DNA from: Ministeria vibrans ATCC 50519
Lineage: Eukaryota > Protista > Filasterea
DNA length: 42,058 nt
NCBI GenBank assembly: GCA_943704425.1
Contig: CALSCP010002647.1
Coordinates: 1 to 42,058 of the forward strand
Direction: 5' to 3'
How positions within the stretch are numbered: position 1 is the stretch's first letter; every line of letters starts with the position of its first letter. The notes under the pieces were generated by a model, which was not told where the DNA came from, did not search any database, and saw nothing but the letters and a program-made list of their open reading frames with translations. Of the stretch, positions 14,585-30,877 are shown one piece after another. The translations under genes and the position numbers were made by a program.

Positions 14585-17492
14585 CTACACAGACGTCTCA
14601 TAGTCAACGGGAGCAGCCGATCCTACCACTGTCTTAAGTTGCTCCACTACACACCGAGTGAGAAGAGAAGTCAGATTACACGGACAATAGTAAAAAGAAG
14701 GGAGATAGGGTACCAAGATCAAGAATCGCCTTGCGATGCGGCCCAAAGACAATGTTGAGGCGGTCGAGCTCTTCGAGTGTGATGGTGGTGCATGAGGGAA
14801 GCGTCTTGAAGCCGGCATTCTCAAAGAAGCTCAGGTAGTCGATCATGCCACCGCGGTCCAGCCACTCGGCTACAGAGGTTGGAAGCTACATAATAAAAAA
14901 AAGAATAAAATGCACAAGGGAGTGTGGGTGTGAGCGTTGTGCATCATGTGTGTGTGTGTGAGAGAGAGGGAGGGGAGCAAAATGTTACCTCGTCTTCGTC
15001 TCCTTCGACATCGTCGAGGGCCGTCAAGTCTTCATCAAGGAACTCTTCAATCTCCGAAATGCTCTCTGCGGCCTGCGTCTGTACAGCGAGTGCCGCCAGA
15101 ATGCGACTGGGTGACGCACTGTTGTCGGGAAGCACCAGAATGTCTTCATCGTCAATCACGGTATCGCTGCCAGTCGCCACTGCATCCAGCAGAGGGTCTT
15201 CGTCGTCCACTGTCGCAGCCGCAGCCGATGACGCCGCAACCGCCGCCGCGGCAGCCGCACTCCCAGCAGAGATCACTGGCGCAGAGGAAGTAGCGCCAGA
15301 AACACGTCCAATACCACTGCCAATGGAACTTTCGTGTGCCAGCTTCACCCCAGTTACCCCGCTGCTTGTGCGCGACACGGATGTGTGGATCGTCGACTCA
15401 ACCTATCCGCAACAGGAGGGCGTATAAATACCATTGTGCTGTGTTCTCTCTGAATCTTGTCTCTTGTCTCTCTTATCACTTTGTTTCTTTTTCCCTCCTC
15501 TCTTTCTCTCAGTCTGTTTTCGCGTATCTTACATCGTCTTCGGTGTAGCCAGGGGTGAGTGAGAGAACTCGGACACCACGGTACTGTTTGCCGGCCTTGA
15601 CAAGACGGCGCTTGTGAACAATGTCGGGCTGAAGGAAGGGGTTTCCGGAGACGGCAAGGGCCGTGCAAAAGTTGTGGAGCTGGCGCAGTTCGTTGGGCTC
15701 GACGTACAGACTGTTGTTCGAGATGACGAGACCGCGGAGGTGGCGGAGGCGCAGGAGGGACGGGTGGAGCTCAGTGAGCTGGTTGGAGTCGAGGGAAAGG
15801 TACTCGAGCTTCTTGAGACGGCCAAGGGTGGGCGGGAGAGCTTTGATTTCGTTGTGGGAGAGGCCGAGGGTGATGAGCCACGAGAGGGAGAGCACAGCGG
15901 GCGGAACTGACTCGAGCTTATTGTACCCAAGGTAGAGACGCTTGAGGGCTGTGCACGGCTTGAAGAGGTCGGGATCGGAGAGGGCGGCGACGCGCAGATC
16001 GTTGCGTACGAGCGAGAGGGACATGAGGTTGGTGTGGCCGGGGCACTCGAGGGGCGGCGACAGGTCAATCTTGCTGAGGTCCTGCATGCGACACCGTGTC
16101 AGTGCCAGCGACGCGACGTTGTTGCCAAGGTCGGCGAGCTTTAGGGTGGCGGCTCCCGTCGGCGACAAGTCAAGTTCGGTGAGCTCGACGTTGAGCAGTC
16201 CATCGGCGTCATCGTCATCGTTGTCACCACCGCCTTGTGGGCTATCGCGCATGTCGTCCACCGAGTCGGTGGGGGTTGTGATCAAAACTGAAATGGTGCG
16301 CGACGAAAGCGACTGGTCACGCAGCGACAGGTTGCTCGATACCATCGATGCTTGTGGTGCTCCTGCCATGCTCATCGGTCGAGCCTACATCAAAAGATCA
16401 AAATTATTATTAATAATGATAATTTTTTTTGTTTGTTTGTTTTGCTACGCACCTTTGAGGAGCGCTGTACTCGTACTGACGCACGACGAAAGTCTTCGAC
16501 AGACGCAAACCTCATGGAACGGTTGTTTCGAGAGAAGGGAACGTCTTCGTCATCGGGGCGGGCGGTGTTGGCGGGCGAGGCGGGTGGAGACGACTCGACG
16601 GCGTTGCCCGTGCTCTGCGACGACGACAACACGTTCATGCTGCTCCAGCGTTTCCCCACGGCATTTGCCGGTTCCGATTGCATCACTTTCACTGTGGGGT
16701 CTTGTCGACTGATCGATTCGGGCTTGAGGCTGCGTCGAAGCATCTGGCCGATGCCCGAGCCGCCCGTCTTCTCACCCGCACTGGGCGGCGGTGGTACGAC
16801 CGCGCCACCTTCGCGACTCTTTTGTGAGCTGAGTTTCTTTGAGAGCATAGTCTTGACACGCAGCGAGCCGGTCGACGAGCCGACGCTGGGCGAAAGGCCG
16901 AGAATGCGCGAGTTGGACGACGACGTGGCCAGACTGGCCGTCTCGGGCTTTTCCTGCGACTCCTGTGAGTTTGCCAGAAGTCGCAAGTACTCGCCCAGTT
17001 TGCGATCGAGCTCGTCAACCTTCACTTTCAAGGCTTTGTCCTTGGGCGCCCTGAAGCAAAGAGGGAGCAGAGGAGAGGGAGAGCGGGAGGTGAGACTTTA
17101 AAAAAAAAAAACTGGTGACGCAAACAATGGTGGACAAAATGCGAAAGAGCCGATGGGGCCACGGGCGGAGCGAGACTTTGACGAGAATGAAGACGGCGGA
17201 GGCCACGCTGGGAGGTACGGCACGGAGTCCGTCGCAGCGCAAAGACGTAAACGTTTTGGGGTTACGATTTTTTTTTTTTTTTTTTTTTTTTTTTTCAAAA
17301 ACTTGACGAAAAAGTTGTTGGGACAAACGCAGAAGGACACTAAGGGCACTGTGGGGGGCGCGGGGCCGGCAAGAAGGGTCGCGGGGACTGTGGCGAGGGC
17401 ACGTACTTGGCAAGCTGAGCCTGGAGCTCTTCCAGGTTGCGGGATTCGACGAGAACGAGTGAGCGAAGCTGCTCGATTCCTTCTTGGTTCAT
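14585..17492 (-). CDS. Coiled-coil + leucine-rich repeat + SAM domain protein with C-terminal PDZ-binding motif (ETSV), about 727 aa
   Basis: Exons 17492-17407, 17050-16453, 16384-15533, 15402-14989, 14885-14714, 14646-14585 join in frame. LRRs: LKRLYLGYNKLESVP, LGLSHNEIKALP, LSLDSNQLTELH. SAM exon (missed by the ORF track): SVAEWLDRGGMIDYLSFFENAGFKTLPSCTTITLEELDRLNIVFGPHRKAILDLVEQLK. Confidence 0.8.
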
Positions 17493-17848
17493 GGGCGAAT
17501 GAATGGGCAGAGAATGAGAGACAGAGGGACAGGGCAGGGCCGAGGGGTCGAGAGGGGCGGCGGCAGGAGAGGCTGTGTGCTCTGGTGAGTGAGAGAGGGG
17601 AGGTCGAGTCACACGAGGGGAGGAAGGAAGGGGGGAAGGAAAGTGATAAGATAATATAGATGAATGACTTATGAGTCAGTCAATGAGTCGTTATTCGATT
17701 AGGATATCCGCAATTTCCCTTGACCCTTGTAACTCATAGTCGTAAGATCACTTCTGTATCGTGTCTCCTCTCCAACTCTTTTCTTGACTGACCTATCCAC
17801 ACACACACACACACACACACACACAGTCGAATCGAGCCCAGACGGAAA
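17493..17848. promoter_or_regulatory. Putative bidirectional promoter between the LRR-SAM gene and the DLK kinase
   Basis: 356 bp between divergent predicted ATGs; contains TGAGTCA at 17672 and a (CA)n tract. Confidence 0.45.
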
Positions 17849-20525
17849 ATGCCGCTTTCTCGTTCGGGGTCAAGCGGATCCGGCGCTGGACCCTCAACAC
17901 CACAAGCACGTCCTGCCTCGCCGGCCACGCGCCCACCCGCCGACCCTTCCAAGACGTAAGTCGCCCATCCCACGCCATCGCCCGTGCTGCCCCAGCCCCT
18001 GTCTTGACACTCTTTGTCGTTCGCTGTGAACTCGACCGAACTCCATCTCGTCGAAATGCCCCTCCTGCACCGACCTTTGCATTCGTGTCCATTGCAGCGG
18101 CCTTGGTGCACCCGTGCCTCAGGCGATTTCCAGCGGAAACGTCTCTTTTGCACTGGTCTTCTGATTTTGTGTTTTATTTTTGTGTCTCTTCAACCCACAC
18201 ATCTCACGATCTGCCGCCCTTCCAGCCTGCCTACGCACCCCCCCTCTGTCTCTAAACAAGATCATCTCCCACACTAGCCGCTCTGCGTCCCCACTCTCTC
18301 GTGTCATAGTGCTTCTTTCGGCGTTTGTTGTGCTCCCAATTCGTTAAAAAAAGATTTTCTTTTCGCTACTTCACCATTGTCGCCCCTCGCGCGTCTCCCG
18401 CTCCTCCACGCACACTCGCATTATCTGAAGATGACTCTCGTTTGCCGCTCGTGGCACTTTATCTCGTCACGAGACTTTCACTCATCCCTTTTTTTTTTTT
18501 TTTTTTTTTTCTGTCTCTGTCTCTCTCTTCTCTCTCTCTCTCTCAGAGTTCAATTTGTTGTCGACCTGGACGCGCCCGCTTTCCAGGTAAGCAGCATGCT
18601 GTCATGTTCAAGATGCATATGCGACTCACCTGCGTTGCCCTCTCCTCCTCCGTTTCGTTCTTTTTCTTTGGTAGAGCACTGCATCCAACGACTCATCGTC
18701 TCTCGACACTGCCGACGCTCCCCTCAACGACGACAACTCCTTTTTTGGCCCGCTTCTCTCGTGTGTGGCCCCGCTCGTCCAACACGTATGATTACATCTT
18801 CTTATATGACATTCGTTTCTAACCTTGTGACAATCATTAATAATTGGGTTTTTGTAGATGAACAAGATGCTGGCGAAACCCATCATTGCAGCAAAACGAC
18901 GGCCGTGGGAGGTGTCGCTGTCGGAAATTGTCGAGCATCGATGGCTGGGGGCGGGAAGCCAGGGTGCGGTGTTCTTGGGCGAGTACAAGGGCGAGATGGT
19001 GGCGGTGAAGAAGTTGCGCGAGTGCTCGCCTCAGACGCTGCGTGAATTGAAGACGCTCTATCGCCTGTCGCATCCTAACATTATTGGCTTTCGCGGTGTC
19101 ACCCAACCCTGCCCAGTTGTATGCCTTGTGATGGAGTACGCCGAGGGCGGCAACCTTTACGAAAAGATTCGCAGCGGCAACGAAGAGCTCGGACCGCGCG
19201 TCGTCGCCAATTGGGCCATGCAAATTGCGTCGGCCATGGAGTACCTCCACAGCCAGGAGATTATTCATCGCGATCTCAAGAGCCCCAACATTCTCATTGG
19301 AGGCGACGATCAACTGAAATTGTCCGACTTTGGGGCAAGTCGCGAGCGCTCCGACAAGTCCACGCAAATGACCTTTGCCGGCACCGTGAGCTGGATGGCA
19401 CCCGAAATGATCCGCAACGAGCGCTGCAGCGACCGAGTCGATGTCTACTCGTTTGGCGTGGTCCTGTGGGAACTGCTCACGGGCAGCACACCCTACCAGG
19501 GTATGGAGCAGTCAGCCATCATCTGGGGCGTCGGCAGCGGCGCCCTGTCGCTTCCCATCCCCAACACCGCCCCCGACGGCTTCAAGCTGCTTCTCGAGCA
19601 GTGCTGGGCACCCAAGGCCCAGAACCGTCCCAGCTTCTCGCACATTCTGTCACACCTTAACATTGCTGCACCGCTTCTTGTGAGTGCCCTGCACGACTCG
19701 TTCTTGCGTTCGAAATTGGCCTGGCGCGAAGAGATTGGAGTGCGTCTGGCCGACATGAAGGCACGCGATGTCGAGCTCAAGGCACGCGACGAGAGTCTGA
19801 TTCGCAAGCGCGAAGACGAACTGCGTGTGGTACAACAAGCGCGTGCAGCGGTCGAGGCAACACTGCGTGAGGCTACCGAACGCGCAAGGGAGCTGGAAGC
19901 ACGCGCGGCGGAACTGGAGGCACGCGAGCGACACCTCAAGGTGCGCGAAGACTCGCTGAGCCGTCTCACGCCCGTCCGGCCACTTGTCGTCAAGTCGCGC
20001 ATTCAGGCGGCCGCCGCGCGTCTCGAACGCGACCATTCGCTAGAGGACCTCCATCGCAAAGCGGTTGCCCAGCATCAGTTGCGCACCGAGGCGTCGTTTG
20101 ACTCAGGCTTTGCCGGTGAAACGCCCCCTCTCAATGTCGTTGATCTCAACGATGACGCGTTTGACGAAGAGGAAGAGGAAGAAGAGGAAGAAAGCGGCGA
20201 CGTTGTGTATGGCATCTCGATGAAGCGTCTTGCAGGCGGGAGAAGAGTCAACAGCGTGAGTGAGTCGAGCGCCACTGTGACCGAGTCGTTGAGACGACAC
20301 CATTCGCATACAAGCACTGCTCCTTGTAGCTCTACTACAACGACGACGACGACGACGACGACTACCAGCACAACACCTTGTAGTGTCGCTACCACATCTC
20401 CTGTCGGTGCGTTTGCAGTGCCATCATCACCAGTGCGGGCGTCGAGTGCCGCATCCCTGCATCAGCGTGCTGGCAAGGTGGTCTTGCGCAATGCGTCCAG
20501 GAGTAGCTCGCAAATGTATCTATAA
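17849..20525 (+). CDS. MAP3K13: Dual leucine zipper kinase (DLK/LZK, MAP3K12/13 family), about 641 aa
   Basis: Exons 17849-17955, 18547-18586, 18675-18785, 18858-20525. Motifs WEVSLSEIVEHRWLGAGSQGAVFLG, IIHRDLKSPNIL, SDFGASRERSDKSTQMTFAGTVSWMAPEMIRNERCSDRVDVYSFGVVLWELLTG and AIIWGVGSGALSLPIP closely match DLK/LZK, followed by a coiled coil and PVRPLV. Confidence 0.92.
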
Positions 20526-20644
20526 TATTATCAACAAAATAATGCATTTAACTTTTTAAACAATGGCAACCACCAGCTGAGAATATCACCTTTAAAAACA
20601 ATAAGATTTATAAGAACCTTTATTAGGATTTTTTTTTGCCGAGA

Positions 20645-23600
20645 ATGACATCTACCGTATTGCTCGTTTTAGCGCTGTGGGCGACACAAAGCCATGCAAA
20701 CCAGTGCGACAGCTGCCCGTGTGCCAACGGCGCGACGTGCGCTCTGAGTGGGTCGGCAGGAAATACCTTCTTTGTGTGCGAATGTGCCGATGGTACCGAC
20801 AAACAGAACCACCGAGCCTTTCCACCTCCTTCACAACATTCTACTCTTACCTTATACCGTTTTCCTGCAAAGAGCCGACTCTCTCAATCCCTTTTTGCGA
20901 TTTTTTTTTCCTCCTGTTAAATTTATAAGGGTTTATCGGACGTTTTTGCGACAGCCAAGGGTGCAGCTCAAACCCATGCCAGAATGGCGCTACTTGCGAG
21001 CATCGAAGCTTATTTGGGACCCTGTCGGTGTCGTGCAACTGCGCTCGAGGTAGGGAAGGCAGAGAGAAGGAGTGCGAACATTGATTGGAGCAAACTCATA
21101 AACACTCTCCACTGCTCGCTGTCTCAACGAAGTCTCAACGGCCGTTTTGTTTCGCTTACCATAGGTTTCACGGGTGCGCTATGCGAGGAAGTTGGCGTCG
21201 GACTGTGTGACTCCGAGCCGTGTCTCAACGGCGGCTCGTGCAGTGTGTTCATCACACCCTTTGGCACTGCGCTTCAGTGTGCCTGTGCCCCCGGCTTTGG
21301 CGGCGGCTTGTGCGACAAGCAAGTGGCATCGCTGTGTGCATCGTCGCCCTGTGCGAACGGTGGAACCTGCCATCTCGTGACGGGGTCTGCTGGACAGCCG
21401 CTCCGCTGCGAGTGTGTACATCCCTTTGTCGGTGAGTATTGTGAGACCCGCGCCACAACCAAATGCGACTCGTCCCCATGCGCCAACAGCGGAGCCTGCT
21501 CCGAAGACTCACGCGGATTCTCATGTCTGTGTTTGCCGGGGTTGACGGGCACCAGGTGCGAATCGACGTTGGGAGACGCTTGTGACACAGTGAGCTGTCC
21601 AGCCAATACTGTGTGCCAGCCCGACAGCGACACGTTTGCTTGTCAACCCAACTCGTCTTTGGCGTTGGGCACAACGACGGTGACGGTGACGTTGAGTGGC
21701 GATCTGACGGGATTTAATGTGTCTGCGGCGGCGTGTGGCATAGCGTTGTCGATCAACGCGTTGNNNNNNNNNNNNNNNNNNNNNNNNNNNNNNNNNNNNN
21801 NNNNNNNNNNNNNNNNNNNNNNNNNNNNNNNNNNNNNNNNNNNNNNNNNNNNNNNNNNAACTCGTCTTTGGCGTTGGGCACAACGACGGTGACGGTGACG
21901 TTGAGTGGCGATCTGACGGGATTTAATGTGTCTGCGGCGGCGTGTGGCATAGCGTTGTCGATCAACGCGTTGATGGCTAGCATGGTGCCGCCGCTCGGTT
22001 GCACGAATGTTGCCGTGTATGAGCTTGCAAGTGCTAGCTCGAGCGGCGGCATCGCCATTCAGTTTTACATTGTTTCGGACACGGACGCGACGAACAACCA
22101 GGCAAGCGTGGCGGCGGGTGCGGCATTGGCAATGAATGGGGGCGTGGCAGTGGCTGGACGCACACTGGTCTCGTCGGTGACGACGAACCCTGGGTGCGAA
22201 ACATTAACTGTGCCGTGTGCCAATGATGGCATGTGTGTGTCGGCAGGTGAATCGTACACTTGTGTGTGTGCCAGTACGTTTGCCGATTACGACTGTGGGT
22301 GCGGTGTGGGCGCGGCGGAGTCGTCGACGTGTGCGGCGCCGTATGTGACGATTAAAGTGACACTGACGGCGCAAGACGTGCCTCTGCTGGGTCTGGAGTG
22401 CTATTTGCACGAGGCAATCGAAGCGTATGATATTGGCGTGACGTGTGGGCAGGTGGCAGTGGACGCTGTGTGGACAAGCAGTGCAACCACCCAAGTCGTC
22501 ATGTTCCATTTGGAGGACGCGAATGACGGAAGCGCTGACAGCGTGGCGACGGAGAATGTGGGACGTCGGTTGAGGCGCGGTGTCGAGGCTCGCTTGACGC
22601 GCACTGTGAACGTCTGGACGATTGTCAGTGTTGCCGTGGTGCCCGAGGCGAGTTCCGTGTGCTGGTCGTCACCGTGCGTCAATGGTGGACGTTGCTATGG
22701 GGCGTCGACTGGACAGGTTACGTGTGAGTGCGCCAGCGGCTTCTCTGGTAGCGTGTGTGACAAGCCGGATGTGTGTTCGCCCAATCCGTGTCTCAACGGA
22801 GCGACGTGTGTGGCGGGAACAAACGGAACATCGTACACGTGTGTGTGTCCACTGTCGTTTACTGGTGTGCGGTGTGGCGACGTGGGCTCTGCATGTGCGA
22901 CGCCAAACGCGTGTCAGAATCTGGGAGTGTGCAGTCTGGACATGACTGGGTCGGCTGTGTGCACGTGTGGAGCATGGTTCACGGGGGCGGCGTGCGAAAC
23001 GGCGCTAGCGGGCAATCCCTGCGAATCAAATCCGTGTGTGAATGGCGGCAGCTGTGCGGTGGCGGTGACGACACCGCAGACGTACACGTGTGTGTGTGCC
23101 ATGGGCTATGGTGGGCCAAACTGCGTGTGTCCGGACGGAAGTGCAGCGCCACAGTGTGCGTTCAACTACACGACAGTAACGGCGGTGGTGGGCGCAACGC
23201 TGCCGACGCTGATTGGGGCGCAGATGGGACTGTGTGCCTACGCGGCCGTCGTTAAGGAGCTGACGGGGCGCGAGCTGAACTGCTCGCAGATTGTCATTGA
23301 TCAGGTTGGAACACTGCCTGGCAACATGTCGAGTGTGATGGGTCACGTGAACGCGGCGGACGGCACGCCGGACGACGGACTGACGTCGGTGAGTGGGACG
23401 GTGATGTCGCGTGGAGTGTCGTCGGGGGAGTTTGTGCCAGGCGGAAGGGGCATTGGGAGCACAGGAGTGGGAGTTGTGCGTGCGGGAACGCCTGTAACGG
23501 CGGCAGCGTGTCGATCTGGACCGTGCCTGAATGGAGGCACATGTGTGGATGTGAGTGCGGTGACCTTTGTGTGTGTGTGCGCAGCAGATTTTGTGGGTGG

Positions 23601-26600
23601 CAATTGTCAGTTTGTCAACCAATGTCGAGCGTCTGCGCCGTGTGCGAATATTGCCGGGTCTGAGTGTGTTGCTGACGACGCACACTTCGCGTGCGAAGCG
23701 CAGTCGTCTTTGGCGTTGGGCACAACGACGGTGACGGTGACGTTGAGTGGCGATCTGACGGGATTTAATGTGTCTGCGGCGGCGTGTGGCATAGCGTTGT
23801 CGATCAACGCGTTGATGGCTAGCATGGTGCCGCCGCTCGGTTGCACGAATGTTGCCGTGTATGAGCTTGCAAGTGCTAGCTCGAGCGGCGGCATCGCCAT
23901 TCAGTTTTACATTGTTTCGGACACGGACGCGACGAACAACCAGGCAAGCGTGGCGGCGGGTGCGGCATTGGCAATGAATGGGGGCGTGGCAGTGGCTGGA
24001 CGCACACTGGTCTCGTCGGTGACGACGAACCCTGGGTGCGAAACATTAACTGTGCCGTGTGCCAATGATGGCATGTGTGTGTCGGCAGGTGATTCGTACA
24101 CTTGTGTGTGTGCCAGTACGTTTGCCGATTACGACTGTGGGTGCGGTGCGGGCGCGGCGGAGTCGTCGACGTGTGCGGCGCCGTATGTGACGATTAAAGT
24201 GACACTGACGGCGCAAGACGTGCCTCTGCTGGGTCTGGAGTGCTATTTGCACGAGGCAATCGAAGCGTATGATATTGGCGTGACGTGTGGGCAGGTGGCA
24301 GTGGACGCTGTGTGGACAAGCAGTGCAACCACCCAAGTCGTCATGTTCCATTTGGAGGACGCGAATGACGGAAGCGCTGACAGCGTGGCGACGGAGAATG
24401 TGGGACGTCGGTTGAGGCGCGGTGTCGAGGCTCGCTTGACGCGCACTGTGAACGTCTGGACGATTGTCAGTGTTGCCGTGGTGCCCGAGGCGAGTTCCGT
24501 GTGCTGGTCGTCACCGTGCATCAATGGTGGACGTTGCTATGGGGCGTCGACTGGACAGGTTACGTGTGAGTGCGCCAGCGGCTTCTCTGGTAGCGTGTGT
24601 GACAAGCCGGATGTGTGTTTGCCCAATCCGTGTCTCAACGGAGCGACGTGTGTGGCGGGAACAAACGGAACATCGTACACGTGTGTGTGTCCACTGTCGT
24701 TTACTGGTGTGCGGTGTGGCGACGTGGGCTCTGCATGTGCGACGCCAAACGCGTGTCAGAATCTGGGAGTGTGCAGTCTGGACATGACTGGGTCGGCTGT
24801 GTGCACGTGTGGAGCATGGTTCACGGGGGCGGCGTGCGAAACGGCGCTAGCGGGCAATCCCTGCGAATCAAATCCGTGTGTGAATGGCGGCAGCTGTGCG
24901 GTGGCGGTGACGACACCGCAGACGTACACGTGTGTGTGTGCCATGGGCTATGGTGGGCCAAACTGCGTGTGTCCGGACGGAAGTGCAGCGCCACAGTGTG
25001 CGTTCAACTACACGACAGTAACGGCGGTGGTGGGCGCAACGCTGCCGACGCTGATTGGGGCGCAGATGGGACTGTGTGCCTACGCGGCCGTCGTTAAGGA
25101 GCTGACGGGGCGCGAGCTGAACTGCTCGCAGATTGTCATTGATCAGGTTGGAACACTGCCTGGCAACATGTCGAGTGTGATGGGTCACGTGAACGCGGCG
25201 GACGGCACGCCGGACGACGGACTGACGTCGGTGAGTGGGACGGTGATGTCGCGTGGAGTGTCGTCGGGGGAGTTTGTGCCAGGCGGAAGGGGCATTGGGA
25301 GCACAGGAGTGGGAGTTGTGCGTGCGGGAACGCCTGTAACGGCGGCAGCGTGTCGATCTGGACCGTGCCTGAATGGAGGCACATGTGTGGATGTGAGTGC
25401 GGTGACCTTTGTGTGTGTGTGCACAGCGGATTACGTAGGGTCGCAGTGTCAGTATGAAAACGGGTGCAACTCGTCGCCTTGTTTGAATGTTGCTCGTTGT
25501 GAACCGACTAAGACGACAGATGTCACGTGTGAGTGCACGCCTGGGTTTGCAGGCCCACTTTGCGAGTTTTCCAGTCCTGTTGTCAGGATGGTCCTGGCAA
25601 CGAATATGACCCAAGCCACTCGCCCAGTGCTCGACAGTGGCGTCCGCTCGTTTGCAAGCGCCTCTGGCATCTCTGTACGCATGAACGATGAAGTGCAACT
25701 ATTGTCGGTAGTTCCCGGTTCCGTGATCGCCACCTTTCGCATTGAAGACGTCACCGGCGAGCCTCTGAACAATGCCACTACGTCGATGGGCTTGGCGCTT
25801 GAGGCTGCCGCAAACACGGGCTCGGCGACCGTCGCGGGCTTCCCACTTCTCAGTGCCACGCTGTACTCGGTCACGGTCGATCCGTGTGGGTCGTCACCGT
25901 GTATTGGCGGCGAGAGTGTGTGTAGCTTTGCCTTTGGCGATTCTTTCGTGTGTATGTGCGGAACTGGACGAACTGGCACGCTGTGTGACATTGTGGCGGT
26001 CTGCAGTGCTGGCGAGCCATGTGCGAATGGGGGCAGTTGTGTGCTGTCGATACGGCAGTGCGTTTGTGTGGCAGGATTCACTGGGGAGCGATGCGAGGCA
26101 AACATAGACGAGTGTGTGTCGAAGCCCTGTGGCGGAGGTGGAGAGTGTGTCGATGGCGTTGCCTCGTTCACGTGTGTCTATCCCTACACCGTTGTGGTCC
26201 TCACGCTAATCGCGACGGTCGAGCAGGTCACATCTGTACCCTCACTGGCGTGCAACCTATCTGCGACGACCAGCACACTGCTAGGCGTCTCTAATCTTGC
26301 ATGTAATCAGACCCAGATTGATTCCATTGGCGCAGGTAGTGCCATTGTGCGATTCCACATGACGACACTGGCGGGCGCCATTGACAATGCTTTGACAAGC
26401 GCCGCAGGTGCAGCGTATGGTGCGGCAGCGACCGCCGGCAACGTTACTGTTGCTGGTGTTCCGCTTGTTGCGGCAACGACAGTGGCTGGGACGGGTACGG
26501 TCGGAAGTAGTAGTCGCGGTGGTGGCGGAGCACGTGCGGCGGGCATTGTTATTGGCTGTTTCGCGCTGGTGCTGCTACTGCTTGCGATTCTCTATCGCAA

Positions 26601-26835
26601 GCGACAGCGCGATCGTATGCTTATCGTAGACAAGGAGGAGCTGGGCGAGGCGTCGGTGCCAATGGTGGAGCAGCGAATGGAGCTGGTGGGCAGTCACCGC
26701 CCAAGCATCGCGGAAGCCGAAGACGATCTCTTTGAGCGCATTGGACGAGGCGACATTGTGATGCTGGAGCTGGATGAGAGCAGTGCTGAGGGCAGTGTAG
26801 CGGGATGCAGTCCACCCAGGTCTCTCCAGCCCTAA
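20645..26835 (+). CDS. Type I membrane protein with about 20 EGF repeats interleaved with about 8 SEA-like domains
   Basis: Exons 20645-20792, 20930-21049, 21165-26835 (the last spans an N-gap). Signal peptide MTSTVLLVLALWATQSHA, repeated CxxxPCxNGGxC...CxCxxGFxGxxC, roughly 100-aa spacers including VVPGSVIATF and IGAGSAIVRF, TM AAGIVIGCFALVLLLLAILY then RKRQR, and an acidic tail. Confidence 0.9.
21764..21858. other. Assembly gap, probably an overlap (negative gap)
   Basis: 21650-21763 is repeated identically starting at 21859. Confidence 0.9.
21862..25422 (+). repeat. Near-identical intragenic tandem duplication, period 1842 bp (614 aa)
   Basis: 21862-23580 matches 23704-25422. Alternative-frame ORFs recur at an offset of 1842 (for example 22065/23907 and 22773/24615). 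Confidence 0.97.
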
Positions 26836-27001
26836 GTCGAGTTGAAAACGAAAATTGAAAAAAAAAATAATAATATTATTATAATCTCCATTAAGTTTAT
26901 TATCATTATTATGATAGTGAAAGTTTTTTTTATGAGACTTTAATAATAATAATAGTAATAATAATAATAATATTTAGTTGTGTTGCGTTGATGGTATTGT
27001 A

Positions 27002-30877
<3,876 letters not shown>

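Noticed and set aside
14585-17492. LRSAM1 ortholog
   Set aside because: There is no C-terminal RING and the domain order differs.
20095-20125. DSGFAG as a beta-TrCP degron in DLK
   Set aside because: It lacks the second Ser of DSGxxS and is too weak to call.
20645-26835. Notch, Delta or Crumbs ortholog
   Set aside because: No LNR, ankyrin, DSL or laminin-G domain, and no ERLI tail, is visible.
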